Source: Endomicrobium sp. (GTDB lineage Bacteria > Elusimicrobiota > Endomicrobiia > Endomicrobiales > Endomicrobiaceae). From it: DNA of 64,000 nt. Positions within the stretch are counted from its first letter, which is position 1, and each line of letters starts with the position of its first letter. The notes below the pieces were generated by a model. That model had not been told where the DNA came from and searched no databases. It worked only from the letters and a program-made list of their open reading frames with translations. The stretch spans positions 14,603 to 78,602 of the forward strand of contig JAITOB010000008.1 of the NCBI GenBank assembly GCA_031290155.1. Direction: 5' to 3'. Of this stretch, positions 62,148-64,000 are shown piece by piece. Position numbers and translations under genes: made by a program.

Positions 62148-63110
62148 ATGGCTAAAAAAGTAGGTATTATAACTTCAGGCGGTGATGCTCCGGGAATGAA
62201 TGCGGCTGTAAGAGCTGTTACAAGGCATGGAATTTTTTTAGGGTATCAGATGATAGGAATAAAAAGAGGATTTAGAGGGCTTCTTAATGATGAATTTATA
62301 CCGCTAACACTGCGTTCGGTAAGCGGTATAATAAATTTCGGCGGAACAATGCTGCATACTGGAAGGTGTCCTGAAACAAAGACGGCAACAGGTATGAAAA
62401 GAGCTGTTAAAACAGTAAAAGAACTTAACTTAGCAGGATTGATAATTATAGGAGGAGATGGTTCTTTAGCCGCTGGGAATGCTTTTTCAAAACACGGTAT
62501 CGAAGTTATCAATATCCCTGCTTCAATTGATAATGACATATACGGTACTGATGAAACTATGGGTTATGATACGGCTTTAAATACTGCTGTAGAGGCAATA
62601 GACAAAATAAGAGATACTGCAACAAGCCACGATAGAATTTTTGTAGTTGAAATTATGGGAAGAGAACACGGATTTTTAACCCTTGACGTAGGTCTTGCCG
62701 CAGGTTGTGAATTTATAGTAGTGCCGGAAATGAAGGTTGACATACAAAAACTTGCCGAAGAACTGAAAAAAGGAAAAGAGAGAGGAAAAACATCTGAAAT
62801 TATAGCTTTTGCCGAAGGGTGCGGTTCTTCCGCTGAGTTTGCAAAAAAATTAGAAAAATTAACTGGCCTTGAAGTAAGAATGAGCAATCTTGGTTATATA
62901 CAGCGCGGCGGAAGGCCAACTGCAAGAACTAGAATACTTGCTTCAAAATTTGGACATGCTGCTATGAATCTTTTCAATCAAGGGAAAACCAATGTTCTTG
63001 TTGGAATAACGGGCGGGGAAGTATCTTCAATGTCTATTCACAATGCAATAAAGCATGAGAAGAAATTTGACGCTAGAGCGGTTAAAGTGTTGAGGAATTT
63101 ATCAGTTTGA
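62148..63110 (+). CDS. pfkA: ATP-dependent 6-phosphofructokinase
   Basis: TSGGDAPGMN, GGDGS, SIDND, EIMGR and GYIQRGG. Confidence 0.96.
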   Translation: MAKKVGIITSGGDAPGMNAAVRAVTRHGIFLGYQMIGIKRGFRGLLNDEFIPLTLRSVSGIINFGGTMLHTGRCPETKTATGMKRAVKTVKELNLAGLIIIGGDGSLAAGNAFSKHGIEVINIPASIDNDIYGTDETMGYDTALNTAVEAIDKIRDTATSHDRIFVVEIMGREHGFLTLDVGLAAGCEFIVVPEMKVDIQKLAEELKKGKERGKTSEIIAFAEGCGSSAEFAKKLEKLTGLEVRMSNLGYIQRGGRPTARTRILASKFGHAAMNLFNQGKTNVLVGITGGEVSSMSIHNAIKHEKKFDARAVKVLRNLSV

Positions 63111-63241
63111 TTATCAAAAGATATGATAAAGCCTATTAAGTTCACAATTATTAGTCGACAAAAAGATTGCAGTTAGAACGTTGCATGTATAGTTTTGTTT
63201 AATAGCTAAATTGATTTAAGTTTTATATTAAGGAAAATAAG

Positions 63242-64000
63242 ATGAATAGTATGTTGGAAAAAATTAGGCGTGGAACAAGTGAAATTATTTCTATTGAAGA
63301 GCTTGAAAAAAAACTTGAATCAGGTAAAAAATTAAGAATAAAAATGGGCGTTGATCCTACGGCTCCCGATTTACATTTAGGGCATACGGTACCTATTGGT
63401 AAATTAAAAACTTTTCAGGATTTAGGGCATCAAGTAATATTTCTAATTGGCGATTTTACTGCCCGAATAGGCGACCCGTCCGGCAGGTCGGAAACTCGTC
63501 CGGTCATGACAGACGAACAGATAAAAGCAAATATAAAAACTTACACTGACCAAGTTTTTAAAATTCTTGATAGAAATAAAACAGAAATTGCATATAACAG
63601 TAAATGGCTGAAAGAACTTGGTGTAAAAGGACTTTTAAATCTTGCTGCAAAAAGTACTGTAGCCCAGATGCTTGTAAGAGACGATTTCAAGAAAAGATAT
63701 CTAGACGACAGACCTATAAGCATAGTTGAATTTTTATACCCTTTGCTTCAAGCTTATGATTCTGTAGCTTTAGATGCTGATGTTGAACTTGGCGGCAATG
63801 ACCAAAAATTTAATCTGCTTCTTGGAAGAGAAATACAAAGAGATTATGGATTTAAGGATGTTCAAATTGTCATTACTATGCCTCTTTTAGAAGGAACTGA
63901 CGGTATTAAAAAAATGTCAAAGTCGTATAATAATTATATAGCTTTAAATGATTCTCCTAAAGATATGTTTGGTAAAATAATGTCAATCTCGGATGAACTT
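63242..64000 (+). CDS. tyrS: Tyrosine-tRNA ligase (runs off the window end)
   Basis: Translated by hand: [42 protein letters not shown] and KMSKS. Confidence 0.95.
   Translation, partial: MNSMLEKIRRGTSEIISIEELEKKLESGKKLRIKMGVDPTAPDLHLGHTVPIGKLKTFQDLGHQVIFLIGDFTARIGDPSGRSETRPVMTDEQIKANIKTYTDQVFKILDRNKTEIAYNSKWLKELGVKGLLNLAAKSTVAQMLVRDDFKKRYLDDRPISIVEFLYPLLQAYDSVALDADVELGGNDQKFNLLLGREIQRDYGFKDVQIVITMPLLEGTDGIKKMSKSYNNYIALNDSPKDMFGKIMSISDEL

Noticed and set aside
63110-63241. T-box leader upstream of tyrS
   Set aside because: No T-box consensus or terminator, and the region is too short.

Overview
AT-rich bacterial chromosome segment. Every intact gene lies on the + strand, and about 15 frameshifted or deleted pseudogenes sit between them, the pattern of a genome-reducing anaerobic diderm endosymbiont (most consistent with Endomicrobium/Elusimicrobiota; this is an inference). 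Intact content: recX, purH, lipA, ackA, the rpmF-plsX-fabHDG-acpP-fabF operon, an acyl-CoA dehydrogenase/EtfBA module with a ferredoxin-fused EtfA, adhE, smc, LPS genes (lpxL-like, waaA, a DUF374/LpxJ-like::GT9 fusion, GT9, GT4), tRNA-fMet, tgt-yajC-secDF with two paralogous HD proteins, miaB, miaA, uvrC, a permuted tol-pal operon, pfkA and tyrS. Decayed content: yceD, rnc, PAS-histidine kinase and receiver remnants, an [FeFe]-hydrogenase, glf/GT2, a tail-fibre-like secreted protein, a Tad pilus locus, mutS, murJ, a cNMP-binding protein and an AI-2E transporter. The strongest candidate system is an intact three-gene sphingolipid/ceramide cluster (reductase - serine palmitoyltransferase - bacterial ceramide synthase) at 20.3-23.9 kb. 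No CRISPR array, rRNA or transposase was seen. All calls come from motif recognition by eye, with no database searches.
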